Below the pieces are notes generated by a model that was given only the letters and a program-made list of their open reading frames with translations, searched no databases and was not told the origin of the DNA. From an uncultured Gammaproteobacteria bacterium (lineage in GTDB: Bacteria > Pseudomonadota > Gammaproteobacteria > JAURND01), in the NCBI GenBank assembly GCA_963714975.1, contig CAVQQD010000003.1, positions 672,001-736,000 on the forward strand: DNA of 64,000 nucleotides, in the 5' to 3' direction. A program made the position numbers and the translations under genes. Shown here one piece after another: positions 31,536-41,840 of the stretch (position 1 is its first letter; each line of letters opens with the position of its first letter).

Positions 31536-32125
31536 CTATTAAATCAGATCATTGGATTCGCCGTATGGCGGAACAGCATGGCATGATCGAGCCGTTTGAG
31601 CCTGGACAAGTGCGGCATAATAGTCAGGGAAAAATTGTTTCCTATGGTACCTCAAGCTATGGCTATGATGTGCGTTGTGCCAATGAATTTAAAATTTTCA
31701 CCAACATCAATTCCGCTATCGTGGATCCAAAAGCCTTTGACGGTAAAAGTTTCATGGATGTGCGTGCCGATGTTTGCATTATCCCGCCTAATTCCTTTGC
31801 GTTAGCGCGCACGATTGAATATTTTCGCATCCCCCGCAATGTGCTCACCATTTGCGTTGGAAAATCCACTTATGCGCGGTGTGGGATTATTGTTAATGTA
31901 ACCCCACTTGAGCCAGAATGGGAGGGCCAAGTGACTTTGGAATTTTCCAATACCACCAATTTACCGGCAAAAATTTATGCCAATGAAGGGGTGGCACAAA
32001 TGTTATTTTTTGAATCGGATGAAGTATGTCACACCTCTTATAAGGATCGGGGCGGTAAATATCAGGGCCAAACCGGCGTCACTTTGCCGCGTATGCAAGT
32101 TAATCGCACCGAGGCTGAAGTTTAA
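31532..32125 (+). CDS. dcd: dCTP deaminase
   Basis: [33 protein letters not shown]. Confidence 0.97.
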   Translation: MTIKSDHWIRRMAEQHGMIEPFEPGQVRHNSQGKIVSYGTSSYGYDVRCANEFKIFTNINSAIVDPKAFDGKSFMDVRADVCIIPPNSFALARTIEYFRIPRNVLTICVGKSTYARCGIIVNVTPLEPEWEGQVTLEFSNTTNLPAKIYANEGVAQMLFFESDEVCHTSYKDRGGKYQGQTGVTLPRMQVNRTEAEV

Positions 32126-32155
32126 GGCTCTATGAAGTTTTGAGTGGGTAATATA

Positions 32156-32180
32156 TCCTTCTCCCACAAGGGGAGAAGGA
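32156..32180. repeat. REP-like hairpin
   Basis: tccttctcccacaaggggagaagga. Confidence 0.75.
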
Positions 32181-32305
32181 AAATCTACCCACTTGATTCT
32201 ACATAGAACAAAAAAATAATAATAATTTATAAATGAAAGCCTAAATTTAAGTAATATTGCAGATTGATGATAGTCCACTATACTTAATAAAGTGTTAGGA
32301 GGCTA

Positions 32306-33343
32306 TTGTCTATGAAAAAAATATCTTATCGCCAATTTTTGGAAAATATAAAAAAATCGCCACGAATAGTAAGTTTAGCCCAACATTTCGAAGAAATAGC
32401 CTCGGGTAGGATTCAAGTACCTATAAAACCAGTTTTGGCAAATCTTTCGTTACTGTTTAATGATAAAATTGCTTTTTTTATTTATGAGAACCAAAAAAAT
32501 AAAGAGGGAAAATTTTGTGAGCATGCCTATGCCAGTATTCCTTATTTATTAGAAAATTCCATAAGGGTAATGTCAGGAATTTATCTCTATGCACTTGCAC
32601 ACGAAAAGTCAAAAAAAGCTAAAGGATTTTATGTTTTTGAACCGGGGGGGGGGTCTGGTGATGTCTCTAGAATTCTTCCTGAAGTTACCCATGGATTTAT
32701 AAAATCATTGTGTAGTTCTGCAACCAAAGCTAATGAAATTGAATTTAATAAAAAAAAGAATAATAAAAATTCCTTCTTTTGTTTAACGCCATTTTTCAAT
32801 ATTACTCCAGATTTTTTATTTAGTTCTAAAAATTTATCATGTTTTGCAAATGGATTTGACATTATTTATGAAAGGTGTACCTTCCAAATGTATGGTAATG
32901 ATAGGAGGAATCAAATAAAACATGTATCAAAAGTTCTAAAAAAAGGTGGAATTATAATGTTTGAAGAAAAACTTTTAAATGAAAATATCGATGAATATAA
33001 CCGAAGAGAAAAAATAAAAAATGAGGTTTTTAAAGCCAAATATTTTAAAAAATCACAGATTCATGAAAAAGAGAAGATAATATTAGGCACAATGTTCAAA
33101 GGGATGATTACATTAAGTGAATTGTCAGAAGCAATTCGTAAAAGCTTCAAGCATGCAGTAATAATATGGAATAGCACTAATTTTTATAACGTGGTCGCAT
33201 CCAATTCACAAAAAAATCTTAAGGAATTTATATCCTACTTGCTTCCACCGTGTGTGCCACCTGAGTTTAATTTCGAAGCTGAATTACCCAAAAAATTATT
33301 TGGTCTTAAGCAAATTCATTTGTCATTTAGGGAGCCATCATGA
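32306..33343 (+). CDS. Putative class I SAM-dependent methyltransferase
   Basis: FEPGGGSG motif I-like, FDIIYE, LKKGGII; AT-rich. Confidence 0.65.
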   Translation: MSMKKISYRQFLENIKKSPRIVSLAQHFEEIASGRIQVPIKPVLANLSLLFNDKIAFFIYENQKNKEGKFCEHAYASIPYLLENSIRVMSGIYLYALAHEKSKKAKGFYVFEPGGGSGDVSRILPEVTHGFIKSLCSSATKANEIEFNKKKNNKNSFFCLTPFFNITPDFLFSSKNLSCFANGFDIIYERCTFQMYGNDRRNQIKHVSKVLKKGGIIMFEEKLLNENIDEYNRREKIKNEVFKAKYFKKSQIHEKEKIILGTMFKGMITLSELSEAIRKSFKHAVIIWNSTNFYNVVASNSQKNLKEFISYLLPPCVPPEFNFEAELPKKLFGLKQIHLSFREPS

Positions 33344-33389
33344 AATACTTTTTGGTTGTTTTGAAATACATTAAATTAATTGAGAAAAA

Positions 33390-34136
33390 ATGAAAGAAAT
33401 TTTCAACGGTAAATATTATTCAATGTATCGGCCTGTATATCCAGAAACCTTGATTGAATATATAACAGAATTATGCGTCACTAAAGATAAAGCTTGGGAC
33501 TGCTGCACTGGAACAGGCATTGTTGCTAATATGTTGTCGGCAAGGTTTAATAAAATAATTGCAACGGATATTTCTAGTTCGCAAATTGCACATGCAATTC
33601 TAAAAAATAATATTGAGTATAAAGTAGAAAATATTTATGACGCCAATATACCTAAAAACAGTGTGGATCTCATAGCGGTAGCGCAAGCATTTCACTGGCT
33701 AGATCAGCTTAAGTTTTATAATAAAGTTAGAGAAGTAATGAAACCATGTGGTACTTTGGCTATTTGGTGTCACAGTCCTTATCCTGATGAGATAGCTGAT
33801 GTTACAAAAAAATATTTATCCCTGGTTATAGAATCATTACCTAAAGATGAAATGACAGTCTACATGAAAAATTTGGCCTATATAGAAAGCGGATATGCTA
33901 AAATTGATATGCCATTTGAAATTCGTAACTACAAATTATTTGAAATGATTCAGCAGTGGGATATGTATAGATATGTAGGTTATCTGGAAAGCATTAGCGC
34001 TAGCAATATTTATAAAGAAAAATATGGACATTCTGCTGTGGTTAATATTATAGATGATTTGCGAAAAATATGGGGTAATGAATCCAAAAAAATGACTTTA
34101 AATTGGAAAATTCACCTTCACACCTTTCGTGGATAG
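33390..34136 (+). CDS. Class I SAM-dependent methyltransferase
   Basis: YRPVYP, AWDCCTGTG, ATDIS, DLIAVAQAFHW. Confidence 0.88.
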   Translation: MKEIFNGKYYSMYRPVYPETLIEYITELCVTKDKAWDCCTGTGIVANMLSARFNKIIATDISSSQIAHAILKNNIEYKVENIYDANIPKNSVDLIAVAQAFHWLDQLKFYNKVREVMKPCGTLAIWCHSPYPDEIADVTKKYLSLVIESLPKDEMTVYMKNLAYIESGYAKIDMPFEIRNYKLFEMIQQWDMYRYVGYLESISASNIYKEKYGHSAVVNIIDDLRKIWGNESKKMTLNWKIHLHTFRG

Positions 34137-34141
34137 AAAAT

Positions 34142-35269
34142 ATGTTCAAAATAATAAATGGTGAAAAACTATCTTTTCATGATGTGATAGAGTTTCAAAA
34201 AAGTGGTAAAAGTGTCATGAGAACCGCGCATTTGGGAAATTTGACGCATAGCATTATTTTTCTTGGATTAAATCGAATACTTGTTTTACTACATGAATAT
34301 CTTCCCGCGGGTATTTCGTTATATAAGCCGGGTTATATAAAACTATTGGATAAGCAAATTAATCTTTCTGGGCAAGCATGTTTTAAAAATCGTCTTATCC
34401 AAATTACACACATTGCAAAAAATAAAATTCCACCAGAAATATTAAGTTCATTAAATATTAATTTAGAAAATATTCATAATGTTGCACAGCTTCATTATGA
34501 AAGCGTAGTTAAAATTAGTAAATCATTTGTTTTATATTCAGATTTTGTATTGGAAAATCTAGATAATTCAATTAAAATAGTTGGCGCATTAAGTAAGGAA
34601 TTTCCTGAATTATTTAACACATATTTTGATAGCAAAGGAAAAGAGTATAAATATTTTAAGACGCAGCATGATTTATTATTTTTTAAAGATAAAAATGATA
34701 ATGAAGTAATCATAAAAAAATCAGATTTATTGCAGCTTACATTTGATTTTATAAATCAAACTAAAAACCGCACTAGAGGAGATAATGATTATTTTGCCAG
34801 CGGTATTATGATGAGCACTAGTCCTTATATTTTATTGTTTACATTGCTGGACATTATTAATAAAAAAAACAAAAATCTAAACTTTGAATATACAGATGTC
34901 GACGTTATTCATCTTGCCGGATTAAAAATGATGGATTACATGATTTACGATAAAGAATTGGCAAAAATTAATACCAATCAACTTCAGGCAATGTTCTCCT
35001 ATTTGCGCAGTATATATCCTGATTTAATTCCAAAAAATATTAACTTTATTTTAATGCCTACAGATTGGATAAATCAGATAATTTCATGTGATAAGGGAGC
35101 AATTGATGTCTATGAGAAATATCTTGCAAATCGAAAAAAAATTCCTCCTGAGTCGCTACATAAAGAAACTAAATATCAATATGATCTTTTAATTAATCCA
35201 GTTGTTCCTATGCTGCCAAAATCTGCATGGAAAATGTCTCAGTTGGAGATAAAAGCTTGTTTTGAATGA
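34142..35269 (+). CDS. Hypothetical protein, third gene of the AT-rich operon
   Basis: Long ORF starting 5 nt after the previous stop; RTAHLGN motif. Confidence 0.6.
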   Translation: MFKIINGEKLSFHDVIEFQKSGKSVMRTAHLGNLTHSIIFLGLNRILVLLHEYLPAGISLYKPGYIKLLDKQINLSGQACFKNRLIQITHIAKNKIPPEILSSLNINLENIHNVAQLHYESVVKISKSFVLYSDFVLENLDNSIKIVGALSKEFPELFNTYFDSKGKEYKYFKTQHDLLFFKDKNDNEVIIKKSDLLQLTFDFINQTKNRTRGDNDYFASGIMMSTSPYILLFTLLDIINKKNKNLNFEYTDVDVIHLAGLKMMDYMIYDKELAKINTNQLQAMFSYLRSIYPDLIPKNINFILMPTDWINQIISCDKGAIDVYEKYLANRKKIPPESLHKETKYQYDLLINPVVPMLPKSAWKMSQLEIKACFE

Positions 35270-35436
35270 GCCAGCAAAATATTATGGTCTTGCGTCAAAT
35301 TTAGACGATGCCAAGTTGTGTCAATACTGGCAAAGAGGGAGACTGCCCCCTGCCGCTTGGAGGAAGGTTATTATTTCGGCTGAAATGCAGTGTATTTTCG
35401 CCATCATATGAGACAGCTTCTAGACCTCAGTATAGC

Positions 35437-35570
35437 CTATCCGATGCACACAAATCGGTCAGCAATTCCGCTGAAGCCTTGCTCCCCGGCGGGTCCTGCC
35501 GCAGCGGCAGGACCCGTCGGGGGAATAGGGTTTCAGCGGAATTGCTGACCGATTTGTGTGCATCGGATAG
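35437..35570. repeat. Large fold-back element 4: symmetric derivative built from two copies of one core half
   Basis: 35437-35475 pairs perfectly with 35532-35570; shares gcggcaggacccgt...agggtttcagcgg with elements 1 and 2. Confidence 0.93.
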
Positions 35571-35676
35571 CTACTACAGTTGATGCTAGTAATTTAGATT
35601 TTTTTGGATAGTGATAAAAAGGATAATAACGCAAGTAGCGATGGACTAATTTTCTGATCACGGTAATTAAATCTTG

Positions 35677-35844
35677 CTAAGCTAATATCGTCGTCAAACT
35701 GAGGCCCACTACGGTGTTGAGATGAGTTAGAAATTCTTGCGCATCAACCCTGGAAATTTTTCCAGGGTGATGGCAATAATTTAAATCAGCAAGCTGCGCA
35801 ATTTCTGCTGGTTTAAAAGGGATCTTGAGTACATGATGGTTCAT
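35677..35844 (-). CDS. Small hypothetical protein (55 aa)
   Basis: ATG immediately after the response-regulator stop codon. Confidence 0.4.
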   Translation of the reverse strand: MNHHVLKIPFKPAEIAQLADLNYCHHPGKISRVDAQEFLTHLNTVVGLSLTTILA

Positions 35845-35845
35845 A

Positions 35846-36271
35846 TTAGTTTTCCATAAAATAATCTTTATCGTAGGATAGTACAAGATGCTTAACCAAT
35901 TCCTCACATACTTCTCCGAGCAGTGGCTTAAATAAAAAACCATTACAACCGATCTCCCGAGCTTCTTTTTTATGTGCTTCAGTGCCATGTGCGGTTAAAA
36001 TGATGATGGGTAGCGTGCTGATTTTATCAGGGAACCTGCGAATAATTCGCGCTAATGCTAGGCCACTCATATCTGGAAGACCTAGGTCGATCACCGCGAA
36101 ATCATAGAGATTGCCTTTTTCAATTTTACCTAAGGCATCGCCCGCGGTAGTGGCTAGATCTACCTGACAATGCTCAGACTCAAACAATCCTTTTTGTGCC
36201 TTTCCACACATTAAATTATCTTCGACCAATAAAGCTCGTGCGATCGGAGTAGTTTTTTCAGTTTTATTCAT
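35846..36271 (-). CDS. Single-domain CheY-like response regulator
   Basis: LLVEDN, IDLGLPDMSG, IILTAH, FKPL; AGGAG RBS. Confidence 0.9.
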   Translation of the reverse strand: MNKTEKTTPIARALLVEDNLMCGKAQKGLFESEHCQVDLATTAGDALGKIEKGNLYDFAVIDLGLPDMSGLALARIIRRFPDKISTLPIIILTAHGTEAHKKEAREIGCNGFLFKPLLGEVCEELVKHLVLSYDKDYFMEN

Positions 36272-36708
36272 AGAATGCTCCTGTGTTGTTGTAAGAAAGT
36301 GAATGCGCAACACAACAAAAATTGGAAATTATCAGACCTATGCATTTCGGGTAGGAATGGTAGAGGCTAAAAGATTAGAGCAGAGCAGCGGAGCCCGCTG
36401 CTCCACCATAACCACCCCTACCATTCTACTACCCAGCCTTTCGCAATTCGCCACTGCCTAAACCATCCCCAAAAGCTATCTCACAGCCACAACCCATCAT
36501 GGTCTGCGAGGATTTAAATGAAATAGCCCTTAAATTTGCCTGAGCAAGGCAAACTAATGGTTTAAGTTGAGTGGGAAAGTACAAAAAGCTGTTTTGCGCG
36601 AACGCATGATACGTTAAAATGGTTGCAACCATGATGAAAATCTCCAAGTTAGATTTTTGTTGTGGCCAGCAGTTGGCGAGGGGTGATGACCTTGCCGACT
36701 GCGCTTGA

Positions 36709-38116
36709 GTATTATCATCAGACTTTCTTAATAATGCAATACCTGATTTAATTTTTTTACTTTCTAAACTGAAAGCCACATCTCTTATTGCATTATTTGC
36801 ATCTGGATTCACATGCCCAACATGGGAAAAAATCCAAACTCTGTTCATCGGAGCGATATTGTGCCGAAGAGCCAGGCGGATAAGTAGTATTTTGCGGGTG
36901 ATGAATTTATCCAGGGAGAAAAATTTTTCTAAATATCACCGCGTTCTAAGTCGAGCGCAATGGGATGGCTTAGTGTTAAGCAAAATTTTATTTGGAATGT
37001 TGGTGAATGTGTTGCCAAAGTCATGGCCAATTTTAATAGCTGTCGATGAAACGCTGGAACGCAGAAGAGGCAAAAAAATAAAGGCCAAAGGTGCATACCG
37101 CGATGCCGTGCTCTCAAGTGAATCCAAAGTCATTACGTCTTTCGGATTAAAGTGGGAATGCATGACGTTGATTGTGCCATTACCTTGGTGTAAGCGTCCA
37201 TGGGCGTTACCTTTTTTGACAGTTCTTGCTCCATCAAAAAAATGTAATGAAAAAGAAAAGAAACGGCATAAAACATCCATAGATTGGACGCAACAAATGG
37301 TGAAATTAGTTTCTTGTTGGGCAAAGCGCCCTTGGATATTGATAGGGGATGGAGCTTATGCTTGTATGAAATTGGCGCAAACTTGTCTTAAACGGCACGT
37401 TACATTGATATCGCGTTTGCGATTAGATGCTCAGTTGTATAAGTTTCCCGAATCGACAGGAAAGACCAGGGGTAGGAGACCAATTAAAGGCAAACGAATT
37501 TTTCTCAAAAAATTGTTGGAAGATACTGCTCAATCGTGGGAAACCATGGAGGTTAATTGGTATGGTGGAAAGAAAAAACCATCGAATACTTGACGTTTGT
37601 GTGCCTATGGTACCATGCGGGTATGCCTACCTTACCCGTGCGAATTGTGCTAGTCAAAACGCCTGATGGAAAAAATGCGGCTGAAACATTTTTTAGTACG
37701 AATACGGATGATTTACCGAAACAAATTATTAATTGGTTTGTCCTGCGATGGAATATTGAGGTCACTTTTGAAGAAGTTCGCGCTCATTTGGGTGTAGAGA
37801 CGCAACGGCAATGGTCAGATAAGGCCATCCAAAGATCAACACCGTTATTGGTGGGACTGTATTCGTTAGCGGCGCTGATAGGGATTAAAATGAATGAAAC
37901 AACAGCCATTTTGATTCAAGAAAAAGCCTCCTGGTATGAAAAAAATGGTGAACTGACTTTTGCTGATATTATTATGGTAATCAGGAAATCAATTCTAACG
38001 AAAAAGTATTTTTCAAAGTCTGAAAACAGAGGTGACTTGTTGGAAATTACCGCTAATGAAGCTAATGATTTGATTTATCAACTCGCGTTAGCTGCATAAT
38101 TGACTAAAGTCGAGTT
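36709..38116 (+). mobile_element. IS701-like (DDE_5) transposase remnant, frameshifted
   Basis: IAVDETLERR, IGDGAY, ISRLRLDA, RWNIEVTFEEVRAHLGVETQRQWSD; frame change in the A-run near 37570-37580; no clear ATG; AAAGTCGAGT right after the stop resembles an IS end. Confidence 0.85.
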
Positions 38117-38131
38117 ATAAGGAAGGTAAGT

Positions 38132-38866
38132 TTATTTTCGTGCCTTGATCAGCAACAAAGGAGGGCGGATTTTATGGATGATAAACTCTGCTCTTTTTGC
38201 AATTAATTGATCATCAGGCATTGGCTCTAATACACGTTCGATGATCAACTCATTATCTATTAAGATATTTATATAGGTTGAGACTTTTCGATGGTATTTT
38301 TTTACCCCCTCTACTAACCATTTTTGTTCAAATAATTTTTCATCACGATAGTTATACACTGGATGAAAGAGATTGCCTTGTTGATCTGTTTTGATAATGC
38401 CTCCGGTGTAGGCGGTGCAAATTGGATGTTCAACTGAAAATATTAAAAATCCGTTCGTTTTTAAGTAAGAAATAATTTCTTTTATCATTAATTCCAGATT
38501 TTCTACATAATGAAAAACCAGAGAAGAGACAATGAGGTCAAAAGAATTTTCACGGCACTCTAGATCTTCTACAGGGATTTGCTGGTATATTATATTGGGA
38601 TGTTGATTTTCTGTTTTTGCCACCTTCAGCATGTTGGCAGAAGCATCGATAGCAAAGACTGATTTAGCGCCTTCTGTAGCTGCATATTTTGCAAATTCCC
38701 CAAATCCGCAGCCAATTTCCAAGATGGCTTTATCATCCAGCTTGGGCAATAAAGAAAAAATGGCTGGTTGTTCAATGAGGTTGTTAAATCCTTCATCATT
38801 CTCACGAATGGCTTTATATGCCTTAAAAAATTCATCATTATCATAGATGTTTTGAATTTTTTTCAT
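38132..38866 (-). CDS. Class I SAM-dependent methyltransferase
   Basis: LEIGCGFG, IDAS, FDLIVSSLVFHYV, FSVEHP, KYHR. Confidence 0.9.
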   Translation of the reverse strand: MKKIQNIYDNDEFFKAYKAIRENDEGFNNLIEQPAIFSLLPKLDDKAILEIGCGFGEFAKYAATEGAKSVFAIDASANMLKVAKTENQHPNIIYQQIPVEDLECRENSFDLIVSSLVFHYVENLELMIKEIISYLKTNGFLIFSVEHPICTAYTGGIIKTDQQGNLFHPVYNYRDEKLFEQKWLVEGVKKYHRKVSTYINILIDNELIIERVLEPMPDDQLIAKRAEFIIHKIRPPLLLIKARK

Positions 38867-38950
38867 GATCCTGAATTCCCTATTTTTATAAGAATTTGCT
38901 TGCTTTAAATGTATGAAACTGCAATTTTCATCGCAATTTCCTTAGAGGTC

Positions 38951-39006
38951 AGAAGCCCGCCCTTTAGGGCGGAAGGAAGCGACTCACCTCGGCCTGAAGG
39001 CCGGAG
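38951..39006. mobile_element. Possible IS200/IS605 terminal hairpin remnants
   Basis: aagcccgccctttagggcgg and cggcctgaaggccg resemble IS605-type end palindromes; no tnpA/tnpB nearby. Confidence 0.45.
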
Positions 39007-39021
39007 ACTTTATTGCTGGGA

Positions 39022-39312
39022 CTACCCTGGGGGAAGGGAATTAATCCTATCCTTTAAATCCTTGCCCATCTTGAAATAAGGCCAAAACTTGGCTGAGGTG
39101 GCTACTTGCGTGCCTGTCTTTGGATTCCGGGCTTGACGAGGAGAGCGGTAACGCAGGCTGAAGCTGCCAAAACCGCGAATTTCAATTCTTTGGCCGCCGG
39201 CTAAGGATTGGCATAAATAATCAAAGATATGGTTGATACTGTGCTCAATATCCTCTAAGGAAAGACAGTTTTGTTTCGCAGCGACGCGTTGGATCAGCTC
39301 GGATTTGATCAT
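39022..39312 (-). CDS. ihfB: Integration host factor beta-like protein
   Basis: MIKSELI, RIEIRGFGSF, ARNPKTG, PYFKMGKDLKDRIN. Confidence 0.85.
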   Translation of the reverse strand: MIKSELIQRVAAKQNCLSLEDIEHSINHIFDYLCQSLAGGQRIEIRGFGSFSLRYRSPRQARNPKTGTQVATSAKFWPYFKMGKDLKDRINSLPPG

Positions 39313-39983
39313 AGGGGTTCCTCATAAAGACCGTAGGGAATTCCAGTACTTGGCAAAGCTTCCCCATCTAACAGAATGCAATCGTCTAGAAATTGTAGCC
39401 GCCCTTTAGCATATAACGCAATCACTTTGGGATACAGGCTATGTTCAAGCTGCTGTACTTTTGCTTTGAGTGAATTAGCATTGTCTTCTGGGCTAATGGC
39501 CACTTGAGCTTGGGCGATAATGGGCCCGCTGTCTAATTCCTCAGTCACTACATGCACGGTGGTCCCATGATAGCGATCACCGGCGGCAAGAACTTGTTGA
39601 TAAGTTTTAAGTCCTCGATATTTAGGTAGCAGTGAAGGATGAATATTAATAATTTGCTGCGGAAATTTTTCAATGAATTCTGGGGTTAAAATACGCATAA
39701 ATCCAGCCAAGCAAATCAGCTGGGGGTGGTAACCTAGGAGACATTGACTCAAAGCCTGATCATAGTCTGCTCGCTGGGGAAAATTTTTTGCCGTAATCGT
39801 TTCGGTAGGGATGCCAGCTTGTTGGGCGCGGATTAGCCCGTAAGCATTCTCATTACTACTCACTACCACGGCAATTTCTGCGGGCAGCCCTTGGCTAATG
39901 GCATCGATAATAGCTTGTAAGGTCCCACCGAAACCCGAAATCAGCACGGCAATGGGCAGAGGATGAGCCTTAGAATACCGCAT
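39309..39983 (-). CDS. purN: Phosphoribosylglycinamide formyltransferase
   Basis: [28 protein letters not shown]. Confidence 0.96.
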   Translation of the reverse strand: MRYSKAHPLPIAVLISGFGGTLQAIIDAISQGLPAEIAVVVSSNENAYGLIRAQQAGIPTETITAKNFPQRADYDQALSQCLLGYHPQLICLAGFMRILTPEFIEKFPQQIINIHPSLLPKYRGLKTYQQVLAAGDRYHGTTVHVVTEELDSGPIIAQAQVAISPEDNANSLKAKVQQLEHSLYPKVIALYAKGRLQFLDDCILLDGEALPSTGIPYGLYEEPL

Positions 39984-41028
39984 GATTTAGCATGACTTGT
40001 GGCTGAGAGTGCGGCGATTGAGTGATTTCGCCAATGATCCAGGCGGTTTCTCCGAACTGCTGTAATAAATCAAGGCTGCGTTGGGCACTATCTTGAGGAA
40101 CACAGGCAATCATCCCAATACCGCAATTGAAGGTGCGAAACATTTCCTGGCTGTCAATGGCGCCTTGGGCTTGTAGCCAGTGAAAAATAGGGGGGATTTT
40201 CCAAGCGCGCGAGTCTAGCTGAGCGGTAGTAAAAGGCGGGAGTACCCGAGGAATATTTTCAATTAAGCCGCCGCCGGTAATATGCGCCAGACCATGCACT
40301 GCAACTTCTTGCATTAAGCTGAGTAGGGGTTTGACGTAAATCCGGGTAGGTTGCAATAAAGCTGCGCCCAAGTTGGTATCACCAAAAGCTTGCTGCAAGT
40401 CGCACTGGTTTTGCGCCAAAATCTTGCGCACCAGCGAGAAGCCGTTGGCATGAACCCCCGAGGAGGCAATGCCAATAATCGCGTCTCCTGGCGCGACGCG
40501 ACGACCATCAATTAGTTGGGCTTTTTCGACAATACCCACGCTAAAACCAGCTAAGTCGTAATCCGAGCCCTGATAGACGCCGGGCATTTCCGCGGTTTCT
40601 CCGCCAATGAGTGCAGCTCCTGCTTGTTGGCAGCCGAGGCCAATGCCGCCCATCACTTCCGTTGCGATGTCGAGTGATAAATGCCCGGTGGCATAATAGT
40701 CCAGAAAAAATAAGGGTTCTGCGCCTTGAACGATAATATCATTCACACACATAGCCACCAGGTCGATGCCAATCGTATCGTGTTTTTGCAGGGCTAAAGC
40801 TAACTTCAGTTTAGTGCCCACCCCGTCAGTCGAGGAGACCAGGATCGGTTGTTGGTAACGGTGCAATGGTAGCTCGAATAAAGCGCCAAAGCCTCCAAGG
40901 CCTGCTAGTACTTCTGGGCGCTGAGTTTTTGCCGCAATCGGTTTAATTCGTTGGACGAATTCATTGCCGGTGTCGATATCAACCCCCGCTTGGGCATAAG
41001 TTAAAGAAGGATTTTGTGGCTGGCTCAT
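39970..41028 (-). CDS. purM: AIR synthetase
   Basis: [37 protein letters not shown]. Confidence 0.97.
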   Translation of the reverse strand: MSQPQNPSLTYAQAGVDIDTGNEFVQRIKPIAAKTQRPEVLAGLGGFGALFELPLHRYQQPILVSSTDGVGTKLKLALALQKHDTIGIDLVAMCVNDIIVQGAEPLFFLDYYATGHLSLDIATEVMGGIGLGCQQAGAALIGGETAEMPGVYQGSDYDLAGFSVGIVEKAQLIDGRRVAPGDAIIGIASSGVHANGFSLVRKILAQNQCDLQQAFGDTNLGAALLQPTRIYVKPLLSLMQEVAVHGLAHITGGGLIENIPRVLPPFTTAQLDSRAWKIPPIFHWLQAQGAIDSQEMFRTFNCGIGMIACVPQDSAQRSLDLLQQFGETAWIIGEITQSPHSQPQVMLNHAVF

Positions 41029-41078
41029 AGTCAGCATATAATAGGCAGCTATTTTTTAAATTGCTACTAGGGGATTGT

Positions 41079-41837
41079 ATGAGAACGAAAATAATCGGCT
41101 CGATATTAGCTTGGCTGTTTCCTGCGTCTATTTTTGCCCTGGCGTTGCCCACGCTGTATCAAGGGGAAGTGGTGGTGCCAGGGTATGCTCAAGAGCATTG
41201 GCAAAAAGCCGTGGCTCCGGCGTTAGCCCAGGTGCTAGTGAAAGTTAGCGGTGATGCTAATGTTACGCAAATTAGCTCGATTCGTACGGCGCTAAGCAAG
41301 GCAGGAAACCTGGTGCAAAGTTACAATTATGCGGGCATTGATCGTGATGGTCAGCCCATGTTAGTTCTGCAATTACGCTTTTCACCCAGAGCGGTCAATC
41401 AATTATTGCAGCAAGAGAATCAACCGGTGTTACCCAAGGAGCGTGCGCAGAGTTTGTTATGGCTAGTTTCAGCTGACACCCAGGGTCAACTAACCCTGGT
41501 GAACGATGAGCATTCTTTAATGCTAGGGTTACAGAAAGAAGCAGAAAAAATAGGCATACCATTGCTTTGGCCGTCCCTGGATTTGCAAGATTTACAGCGG
41601 GTGTCTGCCCGACAAATTGCTGATTTTGATCAGACCGTGATTACTGCTGCTTCACAGCGTTATAACCCCGAGGCGGTGTTGATTGGGAAAATTAGCCAAT
41701 TAGGGAATGCAAGTTGGCACGGGAAGTGGTTATGGATAGGTCCCGGCGGGGATCAAACGTGGGAGACTTATGGTGCAACAGCAAATCAAGCGATGAATAA
41801 TGTTTTGAGTCAATTACGCCAGGGTATGGTGAGCTAA
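41079..41837 (+). CDS. DUF2066-family exported protein
   Basis: ALAQVLVKVSG, PSLDLQD, ASQRY; conserved purM-DUF2066-hda context. Confidence 0.8.
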   Translation: MRTKIIGSILAWLFPASIFALALPTLYQGEVVVPGYAQEHWQKAVAPALAQVLVKVSGDANVTQISSIRTALSKAGNLVQSYNYAGIDRDGQPMLVLQLRFSPRAVNQLLQQENQPVLPKERAQSLLWLVSADTQGQLTLVNDEHSLMLGLQKEAEKIGIPLLWPSLDLQDLQRVSARQIADFDQTVITAASQRYNPEAVLIGKISQLGNASWHGKWLWIGPGGDQTWETYGATANQAMNNVLSQLRQGMVS

Positions 41838-41840
41838 AAA

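Noticed and set aside
36429-36848. 139-aa minus-strand ORF
   Set aside because: Antisense to the IS start and overlapping the structured leader; no recognisable protein features.
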